Shown: positions 8,638-20,844 of the stretch, in pieces
Numbering within the stretch: the stretch's first letter is position 1
Layout of the letters: the number at the start of each line of letters is the position of its first letter
Assembly: GCA_964454455.1 (NCBI GenBank)
Contig: CAYVVQ010000007.1
Span: forward strand, 18,188-50,187
DNA from: an uncultured Desulfobacterales bacterium
Lineage (GTDB): Bacteria > Desulfobacterota > DSM-4660 > Desulfatiglandales > HGW-15
Direction of reading: 5' to 3'
Length of the DNA: 32,000 nucleotides
Notes under the pieces: model-generated
Told to the model about the DNA's origin: nothing
The model's database searches: none
What the model saw: only the letters and a program-made list of their open reading frames with translations
Program-made: the position numbers and the translations under genes

Positions 8638-9635
8638 AAAGAGACACAGGCAAGTACCTGCCGCTGATCCCGGTCTTCGTCGTCTACCTGGTGCTCTTTC
8701 TGGTGGGAAAGAACATGCCGGGCATGTGGCAGCTCATGGCCATGCTCCTCTTCTACTGTGCCCTGGGTCAGGCCTTCAACATCTTCCTGGGGATGACCGG
8801 GTACGTGGACTTCGGGTACGTGGCCTTCATGGGCGTGGGGACCTACGGGATGGCCCTCTCCATCGTGCACCTCGCCCAGTACGAGGGCCTCGGCGCCTGG
8901 GTGATCGTGATCGGGTTCGTCATGGCGATCCTCTTCTCCACGGCCCTCTCCCTCTGTGTGGGCGCCGTGGCCCTGCGGCTCCGCGGGGCCTACTTCGCCA
9001 TCGCGACCATCGGCGTGAACGAGGGGTTCCGGTTCCTCATCGAGGGCGCCCGCATCTGGAACGGCTCCGAGGGCATGATCTTCATGGCGGAGCTGAACCG
9101 GATCCTGGGCCGGGAGAGCGCGAGCGCGCTCGCCACCTTCTGGGCGGACGTCATGGTCCTGGTGATCGCCGTGCTGGCCGCCGCCGTGACCCTGGTCTAC
9201 ATGAGAAGCAAGATCGGCTACGCCCTGACGGCCCTTCGCGAGGACGAGGACGCGGCCAAGGTGATGGGGATCAACGTCACCAAGTTCAAGATCATCGCCT
9301 TCGTCACCAGCGCCAGCTTCGCCGGGCTGGTGGGGGCCACCTCCTGGGCCCTGAAGACCCCCTACGTGTTCCCGCCCGAGGTGTTCGAGATCCACTACAC
9401 CATCGAGGCGATCATCATCGTGCTCCTGGGCGGCGCGGGCACCCTGCTCGGACCCGTGGCCGGGGGTCTGATCTACGGTCTTTCCAAGTACTACCTGTCG
9501 ATCTTTCTCCCGGGGTTCCAGCTCCTCATCTTCGCCCCGATCATCATCTGCATCATTGTCCTGTTCCCGGAAGGCGTCGTGGGGATGTTCAAGAAACGAT
9601 TCAGGGACACCGCCCTGGGCCGTTACATCGTGTAA
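8634..9635 (+). CDS. livM: Branched-chain amino acid ABC transporter permease (LivM-like)
   Basis: ORF 8634..9635, with an ATGA overlap onto the livH-like stop. LivM-type motifs are GQAFNIFLGMTGYVDFGYVAF and ALREDEDAAKVMGINV. Confidence 0.9.
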   Translation: MKRDTGKYLPLIPVFVVYLVLFLVGKNMPGMWQLMAMLLFYCALGQAFNIFLGMTGYVDFGYVAFMGVGTYGMALSIVHLAQYEGLGAWVIVIGFVMAILFSTALSLCVGAVALRLRGAYFAIATIGVNEGFRFLIEGARIWNGSEGMIFMAELNRILGRESASALATFWADVMVLVIAVLAAAVTLVYMRSKIGYALTALREDEDAAKVMGINVTKFKIIAFVTSASFAGLVGATSWALKTPYVFPPEVFEIHYTIEAIIIVLLGGAGTLLGPVAGGLIYGLSKYYLSIFLPGFQLLIFAPIIICIIVLFPEGVVGMFKKRFRDTALGRYIV

Positions 9636-9647
9636 GGCGGGACGAAT

Positions 9648-10388
9648 ATGGCTCTGCTCAAGCTCGAGGAGGTGACCAAGCGCTTCGGAGGCCTCATTGC
9701 GGTCAACGCGGTGAGCCTCGAGATCGAGGCCGGGGAGTTCGTCGGCATCGTGGGCCCCAACGGCAGCGGCAAGACGACCCTGTTCAACGTGATCAGCGGG
9801 GTCTTCTTCCCCGAGGAGGGGCGCGTGTTCTTCGAGGACAAGGACATCACGCGGCTTCCTCCTTTCAAGCGGGCCCCCCTCGGTCTCGGCCGGACCTTCC
9901 AGATCCCGCGGCCGTTCGCCTCGGCCTCCGTCCGGGAGAACGTGGCCGTGGGCGCCATGTTCGGCGTCCTGGGCCCCGAGGTGAACGTGAACGAGTCCCT
10001 GGAGATCGCCGACCAGATCATCGACCGCGTGGGTCTCCAGGAGCACCGCGCCAAGCAGGCCGGCGCCCTCACCCCCGTGGAGAAGAAGCTCATGGAGGTT
10101 GCCCGGGCCCTGGCCATGAAGCCCAAGCTGCTCCTCATGGACGAGGCCATGGCGGGCATGCACCCGAGCGACATCGACGGCATGGTGCAGTTCATCAAGG
10201 ACCTGGCCAGGGACGAGGGCATCGCCGTGGTGGCCATGGTGGAGCACATCATGCGGGCCGTCGTGGGCATGGCGGAGAAGGTGATCGTGCTCGACCAGGG
10301 TTCCAAAATCGTGGACGCCCCGACCAAGCAGGCGCTCGAGGACCCCAAGGTCATCGAGGTCTACCTGGGGCACCCGCCGGAGGAGTGA
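9648..10388 (+). CDS. livG: ABC transporter ATP-binding protein (LivG-like)
   Basis: ORF 9648..10388. Walker A is GPNGSGKTT. LivG-type features are LLKLEEVTKRFGGLIAVN and the C-terminal KVIEVYLG. Confidence 0.9.
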   Translation: MALLKLEEVTKRFGGLIAVNAVSLEIEAGEFVGIVGPNGSGKTTLFNVISGVFFPEEGRVFFEDKDITRLPPFKRAPLGLGRTFQIPRPFASASVRENVAVGAMFGVLGPEVNVNESLEIADQIIDRVGLQEHRAKQAGALTPVEKKLMEVARALAMKPKLLLMDEAMAGMHPSDIDGMVQFIKDLARDEGIAVVAMVEHIMRAVVGMAEKVIVLDQGSKIVDAPTKQALEDPKVIEVYLGHPPEE

Positions 10389-10391
10389 TAC

Positions 10392-11099
10392 ATGCTCGAC
10401 GTCAAAGACCTGGAGTCCGGCTACGGGCCCATGCAGGTCCTGTGGAAGCCGAGCCTCACCGTGAAGAGGGGGGGGATCACCGCCCTGCTCGGGCCCAACG
10501 GCGTGGGCAAGAGCACCCTTCTCGGGACGGTGTTCGGCAGCGTGCCCCCCTGGGGCGGGCAGGTGATGTACAACGGGGAGGACGTGACCCGGGTCCCCAC
10601 ACACAAGAAGGTGGACCTGGGGCTGGCGCTGGTGCCGGAGGGAAAGCACCTGTTTCCCAGCATGACCGTCTACGAGAACCTGGCCATGGGGGCCTATCCC
10701 AAGAAGGCCCTGCCCCACCGGGACGAGAACATGGAGCAGGTCTTCACCCTGTTCCCCCGGCTCCAGGAGCGCCAGTGGCAGGCCGCAGGCTCCCTCAGCG
10801 GCGGCGAGCAGCAGATGGTCACCATCGGCCGGGCCCTGATGACCCACCCCCAGCTCATCATGCTGGACGAGCCCAGCCAGGGGCTCGCCCCGTTGCTTGT
10901 AAGGGAGGTATTCGAAACCATTAGCAAAATGAAAACCGACATCGGCCTGACCGTGCTCCTCATCGAGCAGAACGCGGACGCGTCGCTCGGCTCGGCGGAC
11001 TACGTCTACATCATGCACGAGGGGATGATCAAGGCTGAGGGCACGCCCGAGGAGATCAAGGGATCGTCGGAGATCAGGGAGGCCTATCTCGGGATCTGA
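10392..11099 (+). CDS. livF: ABC transporter ATP-binding protein (LivF-like)
   Basis: ORF 10392..11099. Walker A is GPNGVGKST, the signature is LSGGEQQM, and the LivF-type C-terminus is IREAYLGI. Confidence 0.9.
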   Translation: MLDVKDLESGYGPMQVLWKPSLTVKRGGITALLGPNGVGKSTLLGTVFGSVPPWGGQVMYNGEDVTRVPTHKKVDLGLALVPEGKHLFPSMTVYENLAMGAYPKKALPHRDENMEQVFTLFPRLQERQWQAAGSLSGGEQQMVTIGRALMTHPQLIMLDEPSQGLAPLLVREVFETISKMKTDIGLTVLLIEQNADASLGSADYVYIMHEGMIKAEGTPEEIKGSSEIREAYLGI

Positions 11100-11136
11100 A
11101 CGGCTTTTCCACCGGAAGCCCGCTCCGACAGCTCTT

Positions 11137-11162
11137 CCACCCGCGTGGGGCGGCTTTTTTTT
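11137..11162 (+). terminator. Weak intrinsic terminator candidate after the ABC operon
   Basis: A short stem CCGC(11141-44)/GCGG(11050+100-11153, i.e. 11150-11153) with a 5-nt loop is followed by T8 (11155-11162). The stem is only 4 bp, so support comes mainly from the U-tract and the position after the last gene. Confidence 0.35.
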
Positions 11163-11325
11163 GCACCGCGCCTTGCCGTGCGGCGTGTTTCCACCCCGCC
11201 CCTACCGGCCCCTCCCGGCCGGATGCCCGCTCCTGCCCGGTTCGCTTCCGCACATGGCGGGGCCCTTGACCGGCGGCGGGAAGGACATGCCCTTCCTTCT
11301 TTTCGCCGAGTGGAGCGTTCGGATA

Positions 11326-11367
11326 TTGACGGGTTCGCAAAAACCCGCTCACCCGCCGCTGGAAACG
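11326..11367 (+). repeat. 42-nt intergenic repeat, copy A (partner at 23969-24010, 41/42 identical)
   Basis: The sequence is TTGACGGGTTCgCAAAAACCCGCTCACCCGCCGCTGGAAACG. It contains the inverted repeat CGGGTT(11330-35)-N6-AACCCG(11342-47). Looser similarity continues about 13 nt further (ATA.CCTA.TG). It ends 126 nt before the oadA-like ATG. Confidence 0.85.
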
Positions 11368-11437
11368 CCATAGCCTACTGATATTTCCAGGGCAGATCTC
11401 AAGGCTCAGGGCTTTTTACGACGCCGTCAATATTCCA

Positions 11438-11465
11438 TTGACACAAATTTCACAAGCGATATAAA
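11438..11465 (+). promoter_or_regulatory. Sigma70-type promoter of the oadA-like/mdh/sdh/fum operon
   Basis: TTGACA (11438-43), a 16-nt spacer, then TATAAA (11460-65), all within an AT-rich patch. The ATG at 11493 is preceded by AAAGGAGGA. Confidence 0.55.
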
Positions 11466-11492
11466 AGCAGGTCATTAAAGGAGGACGACACT

Positions 11493-12989
11493 ATGGATCC
11501 GTTTTTGGAAGAAGGACCGAAAAATCCCATCAAAATCCAGGACAACACGTTCCGCGACGGGCACCAGTCGCTGTTCGCCACCCGGATGCGCACCGAGGAC
11601 ATGCTGCCCATCGCGGAGAAGATGGACTCCGTGGGCTTCTGGGCCATGGAGGTCTGGGGCGGGGCCACCTTCGACACCATGCACCGCTTTCTGGGCGAGG
11701 ACCCGTTCGAGCGGATCCGGACCCTCAAGAAGCACATCAAGAAAACCCCCTTCTCCATGCTGCTTCGGGGGCAGAACCTCGTGGGCTACCGCAACTACGC
11801 GGACGACGTGGCCCGGCTCTTCGTGGACAAGGCCTGCGAGGCGGGCATGGACGTGTTCCGGGTCTTCGACGCGCTGAACGACTTCCGCAACTTCAAGACG
11901 GTGGTCGAACGCATCAAGGCCAACGGCAAGCACTTCCAGGGGACCATCTGCTACTCCCTGACCGAGCGCCGGATGGGGGGAGACGTCTTCAACCTGGACT
12001 ACTACCTCGCCAAGGCCAAGGAGATCCAGGAGATGGGGGCGGACACCCTCTGCCTCAAGGACATGGCGGGCATCATGAGCCCGTTCGACATCGCCAAGCT
12101 GGTGACGGCGCTCAAGAAGGGGATCTCCATCCCCATCCACCTCCACACCCACTACACCAGCGGCATGGCCTCCATGATCTACCTGGAGGCGATCAAGGCC
12201 GGCGTGGACATCGTGGACACCTGCCTGGCGCCCTTCGCGCTGAGGACCTCCCAGCCCGCGGTGGAGCCCCTGGTGGCCACCCTCTACCAGACCACCCGGG
12301 ACCCGGAGTTCGACATCGAGCTGCTCCTCGAAATGGGCGAACACCTCGAGGAGGTCGCCCCCAAGTACCGCGACTACATCTCCAAGCACCGGATGTCCGT
12401 GATCGACACCGGGGTCCTTCTCCACCAGGTGCCGGGCGGCATGCTCTCTAACCTGGTGAGCCAGCTCAAGGAGGCCAAGGCCCTGGACCGGCTTCCCGAG
12501 GTGTACAAGGAGGTGGCCGTGACCCGGCGGGAATTGGGCACCCCTCCCCTGGTGACCCCCACCAGCCAGATCGTGGGGGTCCAGGCCGTGCTGAACGTGC
12601 TCTTCGGCCGGTACAAGATGGTGACCAACGAGGTCAAGGACCTGGTCTACGGCCTCTACGGAAAAACCCCCACGGGCGTGGACCCCGAGGTGCAGAAGAA
12701 GGTGCTCAAGGGCTACAAGCGCGGAGAGACGCCCGTCACCGGGCGGGCGGCCGACTACCTGGAGCCCGAGCTGGACAAGGTCCGGGAACGGGTGGGCGAC
12801 CTGGCCAAGGACGACTTCGACCTGCTCATCGCCGCCCTCTACCCCAACACGGGGCAGCAGTTCCTGAAGTGGAAGTACGGTCTGGAGGAGAGGCCGCCCG
12901 AGGTAAGGCCCAAGACGCTCGAGGACATTCGCAAGGAGGACGAGGCCATGGCGGCCGCCATCGAGCAGGTCTGCAAGGCCTCCCTCTGA
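11493..12989 (+). CDS. Oxaloacetate decarboxylase alpha / pyruvate carboxylase B / transcarboxylase-5S-type carboxyltransferase, 498 aa, without a biotinyl domain
   Basis: ORF 11493..12989. The HMGL-like TIM barrel includes IQDNTFRDGHQSLFATRMRTEDM and HLHTHYTSGMA. The conserved C-terminal region includes GGMLSNLVSQL. The protein ends ..AAIEQVCKASL with no (A/V)MKM biotinylation motif. Confidence 0.85.
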   Translation: MDPFLEEGPKNPIKIQDNTFRDGHQSLFATRMRTEDMLPIAEKMDSVGFWAMEVWGGATFDTMHRFLGEDPFERIRTLKKHIKKTPFSMLLRGQNLVGYRNYADDVARLFVDKACEAGMDVFRVFDALNDFRNFKTVVERIKANGKHFQGTICYSLTERRMGGDVFNLDYYLAKAKEIQEMGADTLCLKDMAGIMSPFDIAKLVTALKKGISIPIHLHTHYTSGMASMIYLEAIKAGVDIVDTCLAPFALRTSQPAVEPLVATLYQTTRDPEFDIELLLEMGEHLEEVAPKYRDYISKHRMSVIDTGVLLHQVPGGMLSNLVSQLKEAKALDRLPEVYKEVAVTRRELGTPPLVTPTSQIVGVQAVLNVLFGRYKMVTNEVKDLVYGLYGKTPTGVDPEVQKKVLKGYKRGETPVTGRAADYLEPELDKVRERVGDLAKDDFDLLIAALYPNTGQQFLKWKYGLEERPPEVRPKTLEDIRKEDEAMAAAIEQVCKASL

Positions 12990-13050
12990 TCCGATCGCTT
13001 TCGGGCGGTCTTCACGCAGTCACAGATCACGACCAAGGAGAAACCAACCC

Positions 13051-14196
13051 ATGACCTCCAACGAAATTCTCGACCTGCTCTTCAGTACCCTGCGAACCAC
13101 CGGCGTCTGGAACTTCCAGTTCAACATCATCGTGATGTGGGCCATCGGCTCCCTCTTCATCTGGCTCGCCATCGCCAAGAAGTACGAGCCCCTGCTGCTC
13201 CTCCCGATCGGGTTCGGCATCTTCATCGTCAACTTCCCGCTGGTGCCGATGATGGGGTACTCAGGGGACGGGCATCCTCACCTGCTCCAGTTCTTCTACC
13301 ACTACGGCCTCGAGTGGGAGATCATCCCCTGCGTGATCTTTCTCGGCCTGGGCGCCATGACCGACTTCGGACCGCTCATCGCGAACCCCAGGGTCCTGAT
13401 CATCGGCGCCGGCGCCCAGCTGGGCGTGTTCATCACCTTCACCGGGACCGTGCTCGCGGGCTTCACCCTCAAGGAGGCCGCCAGCGTCGGCATCATCGGA
13501 GGCGCGGACGGCCCCACCACGGTCTACCTCACCCAGCACCTGGCCCCCCATCTGCTGGGGGCGAACGCCCTGGCCGCCTACTCCTACATGGCCATGGTGC
13601 CCATCCTCCAGCCGCCCATTATGCGCCTGATGACCAACAGCAGGGAGCGGGTCATCAAGATGCGCCAGCTGCGGACCGTGTCCCGGCAGGAGAAGATCCT
13701 CTTCCCCCTGATCACCGCCGGCATCATCGCCCTGCTGGTCCCTTCGGTCATTCCGCTGATGGGCATGTTCATGCTCGGAAACCTCATGAAGGAGAGCGGC
13801 GTGGTGGCCCGGCTGACCGACACAGCCCAGGGCTCGCTCATGAACATCGTGACCATCTTCCTGGGTCTCTCGGTGGGCGCCACCATGCACGCGGACAAGT
13901 TCCTGAGCTGGAAGCCGCTGTTCATCTTCGGGCTGGGGCTGGTGGACTTCGGTGTCTGCACGATTGGAGGCATCCTCACCGTCAAGATCATGAACATGTT
14001 CCTCAAGGAGAAGATCAACCCGCTCATCGGGGCGGCCGGCGTCTCCGCCGTGCCCATGGCGTCCCGGGTCGTCCAGATGGAGGGCATCAAGTACGACAAG
14101 TCGAATCACATGCTCATGCACGCCGTGGGCCCCAACCTGGCGGGCGTGATCGGTTCGGCCGCGGCCGCGGGCATGTTCATCGCCATGTTCGACTGA
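13051..14196 (+). CDS. Sodium-ion-translocating decarboxylase beta subunit (OadB/GcdB/MmdB family)
   Basis: ORF 13051..14196, polytopic, with an AAGGAGAAA RBS. Family-typical stretches are IAKKYEPLLLLPIGFGIFIVNFP, GAMTDFGPLIANP, IGGADGPTTVY and AAGVSAVPMASRV. Confidence 0.9.
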   Translation: MTSNEILDLLFSTLRTTGVWNFQFNIIVMWAIGSLFIWLAIAKKYEPLLLLPIGFGIFIVNFPLVPMMGYSGDGHPHLLQFFYHYGLEWEIIPCVIFLGLGAMTDFGPLIANPRVLIIGAGAQLGVFITFTGTVLAGFTLKEAASVGIIGGADGPTTVYLTQHLAPHLLGANALAAYSYMAMVPILQPPIMRLMTNSRERVIKMRQLRTVSRQEKILFPLITAGIIALLVPSVIPLMGMFMLGNLMKESGVVARLTDTAQGSLMNIVTIFLGLSVGATMHADKFLSWKPLFIFGLGLVDFGVCTIGGILTVKIMNMFLKEKINPLIGAAGVSAVPMASRVVQMEGIKYDKSNHMLMHAVGPNLAGVIGSAAAAGMFIAMFD

Positions 14197-14269
14197 TTCG
14201 TGCTTCCCCGACTGTGGTGAGCGCTTGAATGCATTCGATTCCACTCCGACGCGTGCGAAAGGACGAGCC

Positions 14270-15743
<1,474 letters not shown>

Positions 15744-15811
15744 AACGCGCCGGGCACGGGCGGTGGGCCCCCGAGCCGGACGACCAGGCCGGCGAGCCCG
15801 CGGAGGTGCAG

Positions 15812-16462
15812 ATGAACTGGCTCGCGTCCACACTCCTCTCCTCCATCGGCAAGAAGCTGATGATGGCCTTCACCGGGGCCTGCTTCCTCCTGTTTCTCTG
15901 CGTGCACCTCGCCGGCAACCTCACCCTGTTCGAGGGCGGCGTCCTGTTCGAGGCCTACGCGGAGAGCCTTCACCGGCTGGGGCCGCTGGTGGTGGCGGCC
16001 GAGTGGGGACTCGTGGTGCTGGCCCTTGTACACGTCGTCACCGGTCTCTGGCTGTTCGCTTCGAACCTGCGGGCCCGCCCGCAGCGCTATCAGGTGAAAC
16101 GGCGGGCCGGCGGCCGCACCTGGGGATCGGCCACCATGCCCTACACCGGGATCCTGATCCTGGCCTTCGTGGTCCTGCACCTGTTCCACTTCCACTTCGC
16201 CGACCGGGTCGACACCGGCCTCTACCGCATTGTCTCGGACGTCTTCTCGAGCCCCTGGATCGTGGCCGTCTATGTGGTCGCCATGATCGTCCTGGCCTTT
16301 CACGTAAGCCACGGGCTCTGGAGCCTGTTTCAGAGCCTGGGAGCGAACCACCCCAAGTACATGCCCTTCCTCCAGAGGGTCGGCATCGCGGCCAGCCTGG
16401 CCTTCGGAATCGGGTTCGGGGCCATTCCGCTCTACATCGCGCTCTTCGGCCAAGGAGGATGA
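15812..16462 (+). CDS. sdhC: Succinate dehydrogenase/fumarate reductase cytochrome b subunit (single-subunit, b558/type B-like), 216 aa
   Basis: Frame of ORF 15179..16462 taken from [20 protein letters not shown] (ATG 15812, GGAGGTGCAG upstream). It has about 5 TM helices. Conserved-looking His residues are in [23 protein letters not shown] and [10 protein letters not shown]. It sits directly upstream of sdhA. Confidence 0.8.
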   Translation: MNWLASTLLSSIGKKLMMAFTGACFLLFLCVHLAGNLTLFEGGVLFEAYAESLHRLGPLVVAAEWGLVVLALVHVVTGLWLFASNLRARPQRYQVKRRAGGRTWGSATMPYTGILILAFVVLHLFHFHFADRVDTGLYRIVSDVFSSPWIVAVYVVAMIVLAFHVSHGLWSLFQSLGANHPKYMPFLQRVGIAASLAFGIGFGAIPLYIALFGQGG

Positions 16463-16463
16463 C

Positions 16464-18370
<1,907 letters not shown>

Positions 18371-18374
<4 letters not shown>

Positions 18375-19144
18375 CAGAGGAGACGAGCACCATCCGCATC
18401 CAGCTGCAGGTCTGGCGACAGAAGGGCCCGCGGGAGGGGGGACGGTTCGAGACCATCGACGTCCCCGACGTGGAGACCCACATGTCCTTCCTGGAGATGC
18501 TCGACGTGGTGAACGAGCGCCTGACCCTGGAGGGGAAGGAGCCCATCGAGTTCGACAGCGACTGCCGCGAGGGCATCTGCGGCATGTGCGGGGCCGTGGT
18601 GGACGGCATCGCCCACGGGCCGGAGCCCGCCGCAACCCTCTGCCAGCTCCACATGCGCAAGTTCGCGGACGGGGACGTGATCGTGGTGGAGCCCTGGCGG
18701 GCCAGGGCCTTTCCCCTGGTCAAGGACCTGGTGGTGGACCGATCCGCCCTGGACCGGCTGGTGGAGGCCGGGGGCTACGTCTCCGTGAACACCGGGGCGG
18801 CACCCGAGGCCAACACCCTTCCCGTGCCCCAGCCCAAGGCGGACGAGGCCATGGACGCGGCCGCCTGCATCGGCTGCGGCGCCTGCGTGGCCGCCTGCCC
18901 CAACGCGTCGGCCATGCTCTTCACGGGGGCCAAGGTCTCGCACCTGGCGCTCCTGCCCCAGGGGCGTCCCGAGGCGGCCCGCCGCGCCCTCGGCATGCAG
19001 CGGACCATGGACGGCCTGGGGTTCGGAAACTGCTCCAACGAGCGGGAGTGCGAGGCGGTCTGCCCCAAGGAGATCAAGATCACCCACATCGCGCGGCTCA
19101 ACCGGGAGTTCGTCAAGGCGAGCCTCGGGTCGAAGGAGCGGTAG
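18371..19144 (+). CDS. sdhB: Succinate dehydrogenase/fumarate reductase iron-sulfur subunit
   Basis: Frame of ORF 17990..19144 taken from GTG 18371, which forms a GTGA overlap with the sdhA stop. The 2Fe-2S cysteines are [10 protein letters not shown]. The ferredoxin cysteine clusters are [12 protein letters not shown] and [12 protein letters not shown]. Confidence 0.85.
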
Positions 19145-19156
19145 CCGGGAGTCCCC

Positions 19157-20773
19157 ATGCCCGAGTTCGTGTATCAGGAGCCCTTTCCCCTGGCCGAGGA
19201 CGCCGCCTCCTACCGGCTGCTGACCCCGGAGTTCGTCTCCGAGGGCCGGTTCGAGGATCACCGCATCCTGAAGGTCGATCCGGCCGGGCTCACCCTCCTG
19301 GCCGGGGAGGCGTTCCGGGACGTGGCCCACCTGTACCGGACCCGACACCTGGAGCAGCTGGCCGCCGTCCTGGAGGACCCCGAGGCCTCGGCCAACGACC
19401 GGTACGTGGCGCTGGAGATGCTCAAGAACGCCGTCATCTCGGCCGAGATGGTGTTCCCCATGTGCCAGGACACGGGAACGGCCATCGTTCTGGGAAAGAA
19501 GGGGCAGAGGGTCTGGACGAACGCTTGCGACGAGGAGCACCTCTCCCGGGGCGTGTTCGACGCCTATACCCGGAACAACCTGCGCTACTCCCAGAACGTG
19601 CCCCTCACCCTCTACGAGGAGAGGAACTCCGGCTCCAACCTGCCCGCCCAGATCGAGATCCAGGGCGTTACCGGAGACGCCTACTCGTTTCTGTTCATCG
19701 CCAAAGGCGGCGGCTCCTCGAACAAGACCTACCTGTTCCAGGAGACCAAGGCCGTTCTCCACCCCGACACCCTGGTGCCCTACCTGGTGGACCGGATGAA
19801 GGGGCTGGGCACCGCGGCCTGCCCGCCCTATCACCTGGCCTTCGTGATCGGCGGGACCTCGCCCGAGGCCAACCTGAAGACCGTCAAGCTGGCCACGGCC
19901 GGGTACCTCGACACCCTCCCCGTTACGGGAAACGAAGGGGGGCGGGCCTTTCGCGTGCCCGAGCTCGAGGCGGAGCTCCTGCAGCGATCCCGCGACCTCG
20001 GTATCGGGGCCCAGTTCGGGGGCAAGTACTTCTGTCACGACGTGCGCGTGATCCGGCTTCCCAGGCACGGCGCCTCCTGCCCCGTGGGCGTGGGGGTGAG
20101 CTGCTCCGCGGACCGGAACGCCCGTGCAAAGATCACCTTCGACGGGGTCTTCCTGGAGGCCCTGGACCGGGACCCGGCCCGGTTCCTCCCGAAGCCGGAG
20201 CCCGTGGACGAGGAGCCGGTCCGCATCGACCTGGACCGCCCCATGCACGAGATCCGGGCCGAGCTCTCCAGGCACCCCGTGGCCACCCGGCTGGCCCTGA
20301 GCGGCGACATCGTGGTGGCGCGGGACATCGCCCACGCCAGGCTCAAGGAGCGGCTGGACTGCGGAGAGGACCTCCCCGACTATGTCCGGGACCACATCAT
20401 CTACTATGCCGGTCCGGCCAAGCCCCCCGAGGGGCACCCCTCCGGGTCGTTCGGCCCCACCACGGCCGGCCGGATGGACCCCTACGTGCCGGTGTTCCAG
20501 GAGCGCGGCGCCTCCCTGGTGATGCTCGCCAAGGGCAACCGCTCCAGGCAGGTCACCGACTCCTGCAAGCGGTTCGGCGGCTTCTACCTGGGCTCCATCG
20601 GCGGCCCGGCCGCCCGCCTGGGTCGGGACTGCATCCGCGAGGTGGAGCTCCTGGAGTACCCGGAGCTCGGGATGGAGGCGATCTACCGGATTCGCGTGCA
20701 GGACTTTCCCGCCTTCATCATCGTCGACGACAAGGGGCATGATTTCTTCGAATCCGTCCTGCCTGAGGCCTGA
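19157..20773 (+). CDS. Class I (Fe-S dependent) fumarate hydratase, fused alpha/beta type, 538 aa
   Basis: ORF 19157..20773. Supporting stretches are [41 protein letters not shown] and [12 protein letters not shown]. Confidence 0.9.
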   Translation: MPEFVYQEPFPLAEDAASYRLLTPEFVSEGRFEDHRILKVDPAGLTLLAGEAFRDVAHLYRTRHLEQLAAVLEDPEASANDRYVALEMLKNAVISAEMVFPMCQDTGTAIVLGKKGQRVWTNACDEEHLSRGVFDAYTRNNLRYSQNVPLTLYEERNSGSNLPAQIEIQGVTGDAYSFLFIAKGGGSSNKTYLFQETKAVLHPDTLVPYLVDRMKGLGTAACPPYHLAFVIGGTSPEANLKTVKLATAGYLDTLPVTGNEGGRAFRVPELEAELLQRSRDLGIGAQFGGKYFCHDVRVIRLPRHGASCPVGVGVSCSADRNARAKITFDGVFLEALDRDPARFLPKPEPVDEEPVRIDLDRPMHEIRAELSRHPVATRLALSGDIVVARDIAHARLKERLDCGEDLPDYVRDHIIYYAGPAKPPEGHPSGSFGPTTAGRMDPYVPVFQERGASLVMLAKGNRSRQVTDSCKRFGGFYLGSIGGPAARLGRDCIREVELLEYPELGMEAIYRIRVQDFPAFIIVDDKGHDFFESVLPEA

Positions 20774-20774
20774 G

Positions 20775-20822
20775 AAGCTTTCGGAAATTATATGTTATAT
20801 CCAAAGCTTGTTTTATTTTCTT
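20775..20822 (+). terminator. Intrinsic terminator of the 8-gene operon
   Basis: AAGCTTTCGGA (20775-85) pairs with TCCAAAGCTT (20800-09), giving 10 bp with one bulged C and a 14-nt AT loop. GTTTTATTTTCTT follows. It begins 2 nt after the fumarase stop. Confidence 0.55.
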
Positions 20823-20844
20823 AAAGTAGTGCAAAAGTAGTGCA
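20823..20844 (+). repeat. Exact tandem duplication of an 11-mer: AAAGTAGTGCA x2, followed by T7
   Basis: Read directly: 20823-20833 and 20834-20844 are identical, and T7 occupies 20845-20851. The repeat is in the AT-rich gap about 95 nt upstream of the flavoenzyme ATG (20939). Confidence 0.85.

Noticed and set aside
8517-11018. Very long antisense or off-frame ORFs throughout the track. Examples are 8517-11018(-) 833 aa, 27093-30533(-) 1146 aa, 24025-26529(-) 834 aa, 18365-20740(-) 791 aa, 16494-18635(-) 713 aa, 6202-7872(-) 556 aa, 3933-5549(-) 538 aa, 2901-3908(-), and 8726-10924(+).
   Set aside because: These are typical shadow ORFs of high-GC DNA. Their translations are Arg/Gly/Pro/Ala/His-rich and low in complexity. 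Each lies opposite, or out of frame with, a gene whose translation carries clear family motifs (ABC, Sdh, TRAP, GS, KamA, kinase).
11359-11375. Sigma54 (-24/-12) reading of the repeat's 3' end. TGGAAACGCCATAGC has the GG-N10-GC spacing in copy A.
   Set aside because: Copy B reads TGGAAACGTTATAAC, so the -12 GC is lost. Both copies lack the TGGCAC/TTGC consensus beyond GG. No sigma54 activator gene is in the window. A good sigma70 promoter lies downstream of copy A.
11145-11381. ORFs of 70-95 aa on both strands in the 393-bp gap after the ABC operon (11074-11352, 11084-11371, 11145-11381, 11161-11373).
   Set aside because: They overlap each other in several frames. They have no RBS and Pro/Arg/Ala-rich products, and they run through the dispersed repeat. 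I treat the region as non-coding.
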